Assembly (NCBI GenBank): GCA_036555105.1
Contig: DATBMA010000023.1
Span: 3,786-67,785, forward strand
Reading direction: 5' to 3'
DNA from: Acidimicrobiia bacterium
Lineage (GTDB): Bacteria; Actinomycetota; Acidimicrobiia; Spongiisociales; ZC4RG35
Length of the DNA: 64,000 bases
This document shows positions 52,935-62,329 of the stretch, piece by piece. The notes under the pieces were generated by a model. It worked only from the letters and a program-made list of their open reading frames with translations, did no database searches and had not been told where the DNA came from. The first letter of the stretch is position 1. Every line of letters starts with the position of its first letter. The position numbers were made by a program, and so were the translations under genes.

Positions 52935-53638
52935 CCGGCCTCATAGTGGCGTTGGACGTGGCTCAGGCGGCTGAAGCTCTCACCCTGGCCAACAAGCTTC
53001 GACCGATAGTCGACGGCTTCAAAGTGGGACTGGAGCTGCTGGCCGGACCCGGGCCAGCCGTCATCGGAGCAGTGCGCGAGCTGGGCCTGCCAGTGTTTGT
53101 CGACGCAAAGCTGCACGACATCCCCAACACCGTCGAAGCCGCCGCCAGCCGACTTGGCGCCTATGGAGCCCGCTGGCTGACCGTTCATGCCTCTGGGGGC
53201 GGGCCGATGATCGAAGCGGCCACGCGAGGGCTCGCAAGGGGCGCCGACGGGCACGAAGCCGGGATCCTGGCAGTGACCGTGCTCACCAGCCTCGATGCCG
53301 CCGACCTCGCTCAGACCGGCGTATCGGGGAGCCCGGGCAGCCAGGTGGCGCGGCTGGCACGCCTCGCCGCCTCCGCCGGGGCTGAGGGAGTGGTGTGCGC
53401 GGTGCGTGAGCTGGGTGATGTTGCCCAGGTCGCGCCAGGGCTCACCAGGTTCACACCAGGAGTGAGGCCTGCCGGCGCCGACGCGGGGGACCAGGCCAGG
53501 GTGGCCACCCCGGAGGAAGCGGCCCGCCGCGGCGCCGACTACGTCGTGGTCGGACGCCCGATCATCGCAAGTCCAGATCCGGAAGAGGCCGCGCGGAGCA
53601 TCCGCCGCCAGCTCGAAGGGGCGGCGACTGGTGGATGA
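52931..53638 (+). CDS. pyrF: orotidine 5'-phosphate decarboxylase
   Basis: LIVALDV ... FVDAKLHDIPNTV (DxKxxD) ... VVVGRPI; GTGA overlap with pyrD. Confidence 0.85.
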   Translation: MTGLIVALDVAQAAEALTLANKLRPIVDGFKVGLELLAGPGPAVIGAVRELGLPVFVDAKLHDIPNTVEAAASRLGAYGARWLTVHASGGGPMIEAATRGLARGADGHEAGILAVTVLTSLDAADLAQTGVSGSPGSQVARLARLAASAGAEGVVCAVRELGDVAQVAPGLTRFTPGVRPAGADAGDQARVATPEEAARRGADYVVVGRPIIASPDPEEAARSIRRQLEGAATGG

Positions 53639-54878
53639 GTTACAGCGGACCAGGTTGACAACCGACGAGGTCCAGAACAGGACGGTTCACACTCTGATGG
53701 CCTCCAATGCGGTTGGCAGCGGAGCCGTGGCCTCAGCGGTGGCAGCCATCGGCCTTGTGGCGGCCGAGATCCTGGGAGGCGACTCCTTGGCTGGGCTGCC
53801 GGTCGCAACCATTTCGATCGGCTCAGCCTTGGCCGCCCCGCTTCTTGCCGCCATCATGAGCCAGCGAGGCCGCCGTCCAGGAATGGTCGCCGGTTACTCG
53901 GTCGGTATCGTCGGCGCCCTCGGGGTGGTCGCCAGCGCTCAAGCCGGGACCTTCGTGTTACTGCTCCTCTCGCTGGTCGCCTTCGGCGCCGGCCAGGCCG
54001 CCAATTATCAGGGCAGGTTCGCGGCGGCCGACCTGGCCCAGCCGGATCACCGAGGCCGCGATATCGCCAGTGTCGTCTGGCTGGGAGCCTTGGGAGGGAT
54101 CCTGGCGCCACTGCTGGGACCCTGGGAGCAAAGGCTGGGGGAGTCATACGGGTTGGGAACCTATGTGGGACCAATGGTGATGGCAGTTGTCTTCTTCTCG
54201 GTCGCGGGCCTGATCGTCCTGATCCGGCTGCGGCCCGACCCGCTTGCCGTCCTCGGGTTCCCCGGCCGGGGAGCATCTGCTCCCGACCGCCGGCCGTTGG
54301 CGGGCCTGGCCGCCGCGATCCGAATACCAGCCGCGCGTTTGGCGCTGGTGGCGCTGGCCGTGTCTCAGGTGGTGATGGTTGCGGTCATGGCGATGACGCC
54401 GGCTCACATGCGTGATCACGGCCAGGCGGACCTCTCCTACTTCGTGATCGCCGCCCACATCGCCGGGATGTTCGGGCTCGCCCCATTGGTCGGGCGCTGG
54501 AGCGATGCATGGGGGAGGGTCAGGACAATCGGCTACGGGGGAGCCATCATCACGATCGGGACCGTCGCCTCGGTAGCAGCGGGATATGTCCCTGCTCTTC
54601 TCTTCGCCGGCTTGTTCTTGCTTGGGTTGGGCTGGAACTTCTGCCTGATCTCGTCCAGTGCGCTGCTGGTCGATTCGGTGTCCGAGTCCATGAGAGTGAA
54701 CGTCCAGGGCGGCTCCGATCTGCTGCTTGGCCTGGCGGCAGCAGTCGCCGGTCTCGTCTCGGGCATCATCAAGCAGGCAGCGGGCTTCCACTGGCTCGCC
54801 AACCTCGCTGCAGCAAGCGCCCTGGGGCTGGTGGTATACGCAATCGCTTTCACAAGAAGGCCGAATCCGGCGATCTGA
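53631..54878 (+). CDS. MFS transporter
   Basis: 415 aa with 12 predicted TM helices in the MFS topology; GTG start overlaps the pyrF end. Confidence 0.75.
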   Translation: MDELQRTRLTTDEVQNRTVHTLMASNAVGSGAVASAVAAIGLVAAEILGGDSLAGLPVATISIGSALAAPLLAAIMSQRGRRPGMVAGYSVGIVGALGVVASAQAGTFVLLLLSLVAFGAGQAANYQGRFAAADLAQPDHRGRDIASVVWLGALGGILAPLLGPWEQRLGESYGLGTYVGPMVMAVVFFSVAGLIVLIRLRPDPLAVLGFPGRGASAPDRRPLAGLAAAIRIPAARLALVALAVSQVVMVAVMAMTPAHMRDHGQADLSYFVIAAHIAGMFGLAPLVGRWSDAWGRVRTIGYGGAIITIGTVASVAAGYVPALLFAGLFLLGLGWNFCLISSSALLVDSVSESMRVNVQGGSDLLLGLAAAVAGLVSGIIKQAAGFHWLANLAAASALGLVVYAIAFTRRPNPAI

Positions 54879-54908
54879 CGCGATACGATCTCCCCAAGGA
54901 GGGAGACG

Positions 54909-55223
54909 ATGCCTCAACCACCCCCGATCACCCCGGAACAGCGACAGGCTGCTTTGGCCAAGGCGGCCGAAGCTCGCCGAGTGCGCGCCGAGGTCAAGGA
55001 ACTGCTCAAGACCGGATCGGTCGACTTCGCCGAACTGCTGAATCGTGCCGACAGCAACGACACCATCGCAGGCCTCAAGGTCGAAGCCGCTCTGGCTGCC
55101 CTGCCTGGCATGGGCAAGATCAAGGCCAAGCGGCTGATGGAAGCCAACGGCATCGCCGACAACCGCCGGTTGCGCGGGCTGGGCGAAAGGCAGCGTGCCG
55201 CGCTCCTCAGCGAACTCGGCTGA
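54909..55223 (+). CDS. mihF: integration host factor, actinobacterial type (mIHF)
   Basis: 104 aa aligning to mycobacterial MihF (GSVDFAELLN...LPGMGKIKAKRL); AAGGAGGGAG RBS; conserved position before gmk. Confidence 0.85.
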   Translation: MPQPPPITPEQRQAALAKAAEARRVRAEVKELLKTGSVDFAELLNRADSNDTIAGLKVEAALAALPGMGKIKAKRLMEANGIADNRRLRGLGERQRAALLSELG

Positions 55224-55803
55224 GGAAAGCGGCCGGCTCTTCGTCGTCTCCGGCCCTTCTGGAGTCGGCAAGTCGACGATCGTGGACGGGCTGGCTCGTC
55301 TGCGGTCTTTCCATTTCTCGGTATCCGCCACCACCCGGTCGCCCCGGCCCGGCGAAACCGAAGGTGTCGACTACCTCTTCGTGGATCGGGCCGGCTTCGA
55401 GCGGATGATTGCCGAAGGCGAGCTACTCGAATGGGCTACCTACGGAGACGATTACTACGGCACCCCGCGCCGCCCGGTGGAGGATGCCCTGACCGCCGGG
55501 AGCGACGTTGTGCTTGAGATCGAGGTGCAAGGGGCCCGGCAGGTCCGGAGCGCCTTCCCTGAGGCGGTTCTGGTGTTCATCGCGCCTCCTACCCCAGATG
55601 TGCTCGAGACCCGGCTGCGAGGCCGGGGTGACACCTCACCGGAGGCTATTGCCCGCCGCCTGGCGATAGCCAGGGAGGAGCTGGCCGCAGTCGACGAATT
55701 CGACCATGTCGTGGTGAACCATGACCTCGGTCAGGCGATCGCGGAGCTGGATCGAGTCATGGCCAGGTATCCTGGGGGCCAATCCAGCCAGGAAACACCA
55801 TGA
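55195..55803 (+). CDS. gmk: guanylate kinase
   Basis: P-loop VVSGPSGVGKST and SATTR motif; start (GTG 55195) uncertain and overlaps mihF. Confidence 0.85.
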   Translation: MPRSSANSAEESGRLFVVSGPSGVGKSTIVDGLARLRSFHFSVSATTRSPRPGETEGVDYLFVDRAGFERMIAEGELLEWATYGDDYYGTPRRPVEDALTAGSDVVLEIEVQGARQVRSAFPEAVLVFIAPPTPDVLETRLRGRGDTSPEAIARRLAIAREELAAVDEFDHVVVNHDLGQAIAELDRVMARYPGGQSSQETP

Positions 55804-56021
55804 AGATCGAAGAAGTAATCGACAACATCGGCAACCGTTTCGCGACGGTGGTGGTTTCTGCCCGACGCGCCCGCCAGATCAATTCCTACTTCAGCCAGCT
55901 CGGAGTCGGAATCGGCGAGTACGTGCCGCCGCAGGTCCACTCCCTCTCTCGCAAGCCACTGACCATTGCGATGGAGGAGATCGCCGAGGGGCGGGTCTCG
56001 GTCGAGCGCACCGAGGTCTGA
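55800..56021 (+). CDS. rpoZ: DNA-directed RNA polymerase subunit omega
   Basis: 73 aa; NRFATVVVSARRARQI; ATGA overlap with gmk. Confidence 0.9.
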   Translation: MKIEEVIDNIGNRFATVVVSARRARQINSYFSQLGVGIGEYVPPQVHSLSRKPLTIAMEEIAEGRVSVERTEV

Positions 56022-57199
56022 TGCTTCGCGGCCGGCGCATCCTGCTGGGGGTGTCCGGCGGGGTCGCCGCCTACAAGTCGGTCTATCTCTGCCGCCTCCT
56101 GATCGAGGCCGGGGCCGAGGTCGAAGTTGTGCTCTCCCAGGAGGCGCAGAACTTCGTGGGCGCCCAGACCTTCGCTGCCGTCACCGGGCGCAAAGTCGTG
56201 ACGTCTCTTTTCGGACAGGACCTGGTGAGCCCCCACACCGACCTTGGCAGGTGGGCCGACCTGGTGGTCGTCGCTCCTGCCACCGCCGCCACCCTCTCGC
56301 GGCTGGCAGGCGGTGCATCCACCGAAGTCCTCTCTGCCGTCCTGCTGGCCACGCGGGCGCCGGTGGTCCTGGCTCCTGCCATGCACACCGAGATGTGGGA
56401 GCACCCCGCCACCCGCAGGAACCTGGACGTGCTGAGGGGTGATGGCCACATCATCGTGGGCCCAGTCAGCGGCGACCTGGCGGGAGGGGACGAGGGCATC
56501 GGCCGGATGGCGGAGCCAGATGAGATCCTAGGCGTGGTGGAGGAGATGCTTGCCGGTGACTTCCAGGGGGTACGGGTACTGGTGACGGCCGGCGGGACCA
56601 GGGAAGCCATCGATGCGGTGCGGTTCATCGGCAACCGGTCGTCCGGAAAGATGGGCCATGCCGTCGCCTCCGAGGCAGCCACCCGAGGAGCCGACGTCAC
56701 GCTGGTCACCACCTCGGATCTCGCTGCCCATCCTTCGGTGAAGCTGGTGAGGGTCGAGTCGGCGGAGGAGATGGCTGCGGCAGTGGCCGGCATCGAGGCA
56801 GACGTGGCCGTGATGGCTGCCGCGGTGGCCGACTTCCGCCCGGCCCGGCCATCTGACGGGAAACTGGCCCGGGCCGACGGCCCTCCCGATCTCGCTCTCG
56901 AACCGACGCCCGATGTGCTTGCCGAGGTGGCACGGAGGTCGCCGCCTCCCTTCCTGGTTGGTTTCGCTGCAGAGGCAGGCGGGCTCGAGCGGATCGCCGG
57001 CAAGGCCGCCGCCAAGGGAGTGGACCTGCTCGTGGCCAACGACGTCACCGCGCCGGATGCCGGATTTGCGGTCGACACCAATCGGGTCACGATCGTGTTC
57101 AAGGGAGGGGAGATGGAGGAGTGGCCATTGGCCTCCAAGGTCGAGATCGCCAGGCGATTGCTCGATCTGGTGGGTGGGCAGATGGGCCGGCGGCGGTAA
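56021..57199 (+). CDS. coaBC: bifunctional phosphopantothenoylcysteine decarboxylase / phosphopantothenate--cysteine ligase CoaBC
   Basis: N-terminal flavoprotein domain (ILLGVSGGVAAYK) and C-terminal CoaB domain (GNRSSGKMG); TGATG junction with rpoZ. Confidence 0.9.
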   Translation: MLRGRRILLGVSGGVAAYKSVYLCRLLIEAGAEVEVVLSQEAQNFVGAQTFAAVTGRKVVTSLFGQDLVSPHTDLGRWADLVVVAPATAATLSRLAGGASTEVLSAVLLATRAPVVLAPAMHTEMWEHPATRRNLDVLRGDGHIIVGPVSGDLAGGDEGIGRMAEPDEILGVVEEMLAGDFQGVRVLVTAGGTREAIDAVRFIGNRSSGKMGHAVASEAATRGADVTLVTTSDLAAHPSVKLVRVESAEEMAAAVAGIEADVAVMAAAVADFRPARPSDGKLARADGPPDLALEPTPDVLAEVARRSPPPFLVGFAAEAGGLERIAGKAAAKGVDLLVANDVTAPDAGFAVDTNRVTIVFKGGEMEEWPLASKVEIARRLLDLVGGQMGRRR

Positions 57200-57210
57200 C
57201 CTCTCAATCC

Positions 57211-58389
57211 ATGCGGCGCTGGTACTTCGCTTCTGAATCGGTCACGGAGGGTCATCCCGACAAGGTGGCAGACGCCATCTCCGACTCGGTTCTCGATGCC
57301 GTCCTGGCTCAGGATCCGATGGGCCGGGTCGCCTGTGAATCAATGGTCACGACCGGTGTCGCCGTCGTCGCCGGAGAGATCTCTTCGCAGGCGGTGATAG
57401 ACATCGAAGCTCTCACCAGGTCGACAGTTGCCGACCTTGGCTATGACTTCGACCCAGAGTTCTCGGCCGACACGATACGTGTCCAGTCGCTCGTCCACAG
57501 CCAGAGCCCGGACATCGCCGCCAGCGTGACACGATCCCTCGAAGATCGGTCTGGCTCCCAGGATCCCCTTGATGCGCTGGGGGCCGGTGACCAAGGGATC
57601 ATGTTCGGATTCGCGGTAGACGAGACGAGCGAACTGATGCCACTTCCCATTCAACTCGCCCATCGCCTGGCCGAGAGGCTCGCCGCGGTGCGGCGTGAGG
57701 GGTTGCTCGGCTATTTGCGCCCCGATGGCAAGACCCAGGTGACGGTCGAGTACGAAGGAGACCGGCCGCTTCGAGTCACCTCGGCTCTGATTTCCGCCCA
57801 CCACGCCCCCGGGGTCGACTCGAAGGCGATGGCCGCTGATCTCCGGGCCGAGGTGGTCGAACGGGTCATACCTGACGACCTGCTGGCAGGAGATGTCGCC
57901 GTTCTCATCAACCCCTCCGGCAACTTCGAGGTCGGCGGGCCTCCGGCCGACACCGGCCTCACTGGCCGCAAGATCATCGTCGACACCTATGGGGGATATG
58001 CCCGTCACGGTGGGGGTGCCTTCTCGGGGAAGGACCCCACCAAGGTGGATCGATCGGGGGCCTATGCCGCCCGCCACGCCGCCAAGAACGTCGTGGCCGC
58101 GGGTCTGGCAAGGCGATGCGAGGTTCAGCTGGCATATGCCATCGGCCAGGCCGCCCCCTTCTCCATCCATGTCGACACCTTTGGCACCGCCAACATCGCC
58201 CCCGAGCGCCTCGACAAGTTGGTGGGCGAATACTTCGACTTCCGGCCGGCCGCCATCCTCCAGCGCCTGGGACTGCGCGCGCCGGTCTACCGACCAACCT
58301 CCGCTTACGGTCACTTCGGTCGCCCGGGCTTCCCATGGGAGTCAACGGAGGAGGCCGAGGCCCTCGCCGCAGCCGCCGAACAGTTCTGA
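57211..58389 (+). CDS. metK: S-adenosylmethionine synthase
   Basis: FASESVTEGHPDKVAD ... GGGAFSGKDPTKVDRSGAYAARH. Confidence 0.95.
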   Translation: MRRWYFASESVTEGHPDKVADAISDSVLDAVLAQDPMGRVACESMVTTGVAVVAGEISSQAVIDIEALTRSTVADLGYDFDPEFSADTIRVQSLVHSQSPDIAASVTRSLEDRSGSQDPLDALGAGDQGIMFGFAVDETSELMPLPIQLAHRLAERLAAVRREGLLGYLRPDGKTQVTVEYEGDRPLRVTSALISAHHAPGVDSKAMAADLRAEVVERVIPDDLLAGDVAVLINPSGNFEVGGPPADTGLTGRKIIVDTYGGYARHGGGAFSGKDPTKVDRSGAYAARHAAKNVVAAGLARRCEVQLAYAIGQAAPFSIHVDTFGTANIAPERLDKLVGEYFDFRPAAILQRLGLRAPVYRPTSAYGHFGRPGFPWESTEEAEALAAAAEQF

Positions 58390-60182
58390 GCCAGCCAGAG
58401 CCCATCAGAGCCGCCCGGGTCGTTCCCGCCGTTCCGACCTTCGCGGTCGATGCCGGGTTCTGGTATTCGATCCCCGACCACATGACGGTGGGATTGGGAA
58501 CGGCGGTCAGGGTCCCGCTGGGTGGACGGCGGACTGGTGGCCACGTGGTCGAGATCGGGGAGCGATCGCCCGAGCGACTGCGCCCGATCGCGTCCGTGTC
58601 CAGCCCGATCCCGATCTTCGACGCCCCGCTCTTGGAGGTCTTGATGTGGGCGGCCCATCACTATGTGGCACCGGTCTCGGTTCTGCTCGAGAAGGCGGCG
58701 CCACCCAATCGTCCCCGCCGGCCCGACCCGGGTTTGTTGCCTGCTCGCCTAGATGGGGCTGGCGCGGGCGGGCTGGACGCTCTCGGTCGGAGGAGCGCGG
58801 CCGGAGGAACCGGGGTCAGATTGGCCTATGTGAGCCGGGCGGCCGATCTCGGCTGGATCGCCGGACTGGCCGGCCCGGTGATGGCGGCGGGCGGGGGCTG
58901 CCTGATCGTGATGCCGACGGGGGCCGAAGTGTCGATGGCGGAGACGGCTGCGCGGCCCTTGCTGGGGGACCACTTGTTGACAGTCGACAATGATCGATCC
59001 GACGCCGAGGTCACCAGGGCTTGGGAGATGGCCGCCACCGTCGCCGGGGTGGCGCTGGTCGGGACCCCGCGGGTGGCGTCATGGCCGGTTCGCGATCTCC
59101 GTGTCGCCGCTGCCACCGAGGAGGGGCGCCGGGCTATGAAGGAGCGGCAGACACCGACCGTTGCTGTGAGGGAGCTCCTTTCCAGGCGGGCTGTCGCCAC
59201 TCCCCACAACCTGGCCTTTGTTGGGCCGACGCCGAGCATCGAGTGCCTCGGATCCGGGCTCGAGGAGGTCACCGCTCCCGGCAGGAGTTGGGGACTGGTC
59301 GAGCTCGTGGATCGGACCCGTGATGAGCAGAGCCGGGATCTGATCTCTCCGACCCTGGCCGCCGCGTTGCGCCGGGTGTTGGCCAATGGGGAGTCTGCAT
59401 TCGTATTTGCCCACCGGCGTGGATACGCCCCGGCATTCGTCTGCATCCAGTGCCGCAACGTGCGCCGGTGCCAGGTCTGCGGCGCCCGTCCCGAGCCAGG
59501 ACTCAGCTGCGTTCGTTGCGGGGCCGTGCTGGGGCCATGTGCCCATTGCGGCTCCGAGCGCTTTCGCCCACTGGGGGCCGGCGTGCAGCGGGTCGTGGAG
59601 ACCCTGACCCGAGTGTTTGGAGCCCAATCGGTCGGGGCCGCACCGGCGGCCACCGAGATACAGGTGGGGAGCGAAGCCGACCTGGCCGCCCTCCCCATCC
59701 AGGACCTGATGGGGGTGGTCGATGCCGACGGGCTGCTGCTCGGCACGCACTTCCGCGCGGCCGAAGAAGCCATCCGCATCCTTGGGCGGGTCGCAGGCAA
59801 AGTCGGACGAGGCGGAACCCGGCGGGCGATAGTGCAGACCGCGCTGCCCGGCCATCCAGCCATGGTCGCCCTCAAGAGCGGGAAGGCGCTTCCGTTCCTG
59901 CATTCAGAGCTGGCCATCCGGCGCCAACTCGGCTATCCGCCCGCTGGCGAGCTGATGATCGTGGAGCTGCGGGGTCAGGTGCCGGCCGATCCGCGGCGGG
60001 CCTTGGTCCAGCTCGACGACGGCATCGACCTGTTGGGGCCGGCCGAGACGCGCCATGGGATTCGATTCCTCGCCCAAGGCAACAGCCTCGACATGCTCCG
60101 CACCGGCCTTCGACCCGTCGTGCAGCGCTGGCGCGACTCGGGCACGATCGTGCGCATCGACGCCGACCCGCTGGAGTTGTGA
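58386..60182 (+). CDS. priA: primosomal protein N' (PriA), helicase-motif-degenerate actinobacterial type; start codon unresolved (CTG proposed)
   Basis: Conserved N-terminus LSQPEPIRAARVVP aligns to mycobacterial PriA residues 1-13; C4-C4 zinc region CIQCRNVRRCQVCG...CVRCG...CAHCG; no GxGKT Walker A or DExH motif; no ATG/GTG/TTG between the metK stop and the conserved N-terminus. Confidence 0.8.
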   Translation: MSQPEPIRAARVVPAVPTFAVDAGFWYSIPDHMTVGLGTAVRVPLGGRRTGGHVVEIGERSPERLRPIASVSSPIPIFDAPLLEVLMWAAHHYVAPVSVLLEKAAPPNRPRRPDPGLLPARLDGAGAGGLDALGRRSAAGGTGVRLAYVSRAADLGWIAGLAGPVMAAGGGCLIVMPTGAEVSMAETAARPLLGDHLLTVDNDRSDAEVTRAWEMAATVAGVALVGTPRVASWPVRDLRVAAATEEGRRAMKERQTPTVAVRELLSRRAVATPHNLAFVGPTPSIECLGSGLEEVTAPGRSWGLVELVDRTRDEQSRDLISPTLAAALRRVLANGESAFVFAHRRGYAPAFVCIQCRNVRRCQVCGARPEPGLSCVRCGAVLGPCAHCGSERFRPLGAGVQRVVETLTRVFGAQSVGAAPAATEIQVGSEADLAALPIQDLMGVVDADGLLLGTHFRAAEEAIRILGRVAGKVGRGGTRRAIVQTALPGHPAMVALKSGKALPFLHSELAIRRQLGYPPAGELMIVELRGQVPADPRRALVQLDDGIDLLGPAETRHGIRFLAQGNSLDMLRTGLRPVVQRWRDSGTIVRIDADPLEL

Positions 60183-60201
60183 CGTCGGGTACTGTCCGGT
60201 C

Positions 60202-60711
60202 GTGGCTCTCTACCCGATCCGCGTCTTCGGGGACCCGGTATTGCGTATGCGAGCGGGTGCGGTCACGACCTTCGACGAGCGGCTGGAGAAGCTCGTGAAC
60301 GACATGATCGAGACGATGTATGCCGCCCCCGGAGTCGGCTTGGCGGCCCCTCAAATCGGGGTCTCGCGCAGGGTGGCGGTGTTCGACGCGCAGGACGGCG
60401 AAGGAGCACGCGTACTCATCAACCCCGAGCTCCTCGAGACCAGGGAAGTCGAGGAATGGGACGAGGGGTGTCTGTCGGTGCCCGGCCACTATTGGGAGAT
60501 CACCCGTCCCGGCTTCGCCACGGTGCGCGGCGTCGACGTCACGGGCCAGCCGGTGGAGTACTCCGGTGACGGTCTCATGGGGCGAGTCCTCCAACACGAA
60601 CTGGATCATCTCGATGGCAAGCTCCTGTTGGAGCATCTCCCCTCCAAGGTCCGCAAGCAGGCGCTCCGGGTCCTCAGAGAAGAGGCGCTCGGATTGCCCG
60701 CCTTCGAGTGA
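60202..60711 (+). CDS. def: peptide deformylase
   Basis: GVGLAAPQIG, EGCLSVPG and QHELDHLDG metal-binding motifs. Confidence 0.9.
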   Translation: MALYPIRVFGDPVLRMRAGAVTTFDERLEKLVNDMIETMYAAPGVGLAAPQIGVSRRVAVFDAQDGEGARVLINPELLETREVEEWDEGCLSVPGHYWEITRPGFATVRGVDVTGQPVEYSGDGLMGRVLQHELDHLDGKLLLEHLPSKVRKQALRVLREEALGLPAFE

Positions 60712-61628
60712 CGCGCGCCGTCTTCCTCGGCACGCCGGACGAGGCCGTTCCCGCCCTATCGGTCCTGCGCAATATCGCCGACGTGAACCTGGTCATCACC
60801 AGACCGGACCGCCCGCGGGGGCGCTCCGCCCGTCCACAGCCATCAGCGGTCAAGGAAGCTGCACTGGCGGCCGGTCTGCCCGTCGCCCAGCCGGACGGGG
60901 CAGCGGCCCTGACCGAAGCGCTTCGCAGCCTTCCCGAGCAGCCCGAGGTCGGCCTGGTGGTGGCATTCGGCATGCTGCTGAGGCCGGAGGCATTGCAGGT
61001 CCCCCGACGGGGGCACCTCAACCTCCACTTCTCCCTGCTGCCGAGGTGGCGGGGGGCCTCACCGGTCACCGCCGCCCTTCTTGGCGGTGACAAGGAAACC
61101 GGGGTCAGCCTCATGCAAATGGACGAAGGGCTCGACCGCGGGCCTGTGCTGGCTTCGACCCGTATGCCGATACCTGAGTCCGCCGACCGCGGATCGCTGA
61201 GTGCCGAACTGGCCGACCGGGCTGCGGCGCTCCTCAGCCAAAGCTGGGAGCCGTTTCTCGCCGGCGACCTGATCCCCGTGGCTCAGGACGAGTCAAACGC
61301 CACCTACGCCCCCAAGCTGGGCGACTCCGATCGGCGGCTACGCCTGGACGATCCACCCGAGGCCTTCGTTCGCAGAGTGCGCGCCTTCGGCCCTCGCCCC
61401 GGGGCCTATCTGTTCATCGACGGCGCCCGTCACAAGGTCTTGGCTGCCAGGGTGGCTGAGGGTCAATCGCCACCGGGAAGCCTGGAGGTGGCTGCCGGCG
61501 GTGCGCTCCTCTGCGGCACGGGCGGAGGCGTGGTCGAGCTACTGCGCATCCAGCTGGAAGGACGGAGGCCGATGAACGCGGCCGATTGGCTGCGGGGGAG
61601 GCGCCCGAGGCCGGGGTCTGCCTCGTAG
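60708..61628 (+). CDS. fmt: methionyl-tRNA formyltransferase
   Basis: Formyltransferase N-domain (HFSLLPRWRGASP) plus C-terminal domain; GTGA overlap with def. Confidence 0.9.
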   Translation: MTRAVFLGTPDEAVPALSVLRNIADVNLVITRPDRPRGRSARPQPSAVKEAALAAGLPVAQPDGAAALTEALRSLPEQPEVGLVVAFGMLLRPEALQVPRRGHLNLHFSLLPRWRGASPVTAALLGGDKETGVSLMQMDEGLDRGPVLASTRMPIPESADRGSLSAELADRAAALLSQSWEPFLAGDLIPVAQDESNATYAPKLGDSDRRLRLDDPPEAFVRRVRAFGPRPGAYLFIDGARHKVLAARVAEGQSPPGSLEVAAGGALLCGTGGGVVELLRIQLEGRRPMNAADWLRGRRPRPGSAS

Positions 61629-61669
61629 CCGCGACGAGTCCGCAGATGGCCGCTCGGTAGACTCGATCT

Positions 61670-62329
61670 GTGCGACGAGTTCAGATCGCCCCGTCGCTCC
61701 TCGCCGCAGACTTCTCCCGGCTCGGGGCCGAACTTGCCCTCATCGAACCCTTCGCCGACCTCCTCCACCTGGATGTCATGGACGGACATTTCGTCCCCAA
61801 CCTCAGCTTCGGGATGCCGGTGATCTCATCCCTGCGATCGCACATCTCGCTGCCATTCGACTGCCACCTCATGACCAACAACCCGCTCGCCCTGATGGAG
61901 CCCCTGCGCGAGTCAGGCGCCGACCTCATCACCGTCCACATCGAGGCCGTCCCCAATCCTGTGGACGCCGCCGGTCTGGCGGGCGAGCTCGGCTTGCGCT
62001 TCGGGCTGGTGGTGTCACCTGCCACCCCTGTCGAATCGGTCGAGCCCTTCCTCGAGTTGTGCGACCTGCTGCTGGTCATGTCGGTCGTGCCCGGATTCGG
62101 CGGGCAGGCCTTCATGCCGGAGGCCCTTCCGAAGCTGGAGAAGGTCGCGACATGGGTTGATTCGAGGGGGTTGGCGGTCGATATAGAGGTTGATGGTGGT
62201 ATCAACCCGCAGACGGCGGCACTGGCACGCGCCGCTGGAGCGAACGTCTTCGTCGCCGGGACGACCGTTTTCGGGGCACCTGACCCGGTCGTTGCCATCA
62301 AGGAGTTGCGAGCGGCGGTCGAGCCATGA
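61670..62329 (+). CDS. rpe: ribulose-phosphate 3-epimerase
   Basis: IAPSLLAADF, LHLDVMDGHFVPN and VDGGIN motifs. Confidence 0.9.
   Translation: MRRVQIAPSLLAADFSRLGAELALIEPFADLLHLDVMDGHFVPNLSFGMPVISSLRSHISLPFDCHLMTNNPLALMEPLRESGADLITVHIEAVPNPVDAAGLAGELGLRFGLVVSPATPVESVEPFLELCDLLLVMSVVPGFGGQAFMPEALPKLEKVATWVDSRGLAVDIEVDGGINPQTAALARAAGANVFVAGTTVFGAPDPVVAIKELRAAVEP

Noticed and set aside
56083-57255. 390-aa minus-strand ORF antisense to coaBC
   Set aside because: Antisense artefact; Ser/Thr/Ala/Arg-rich
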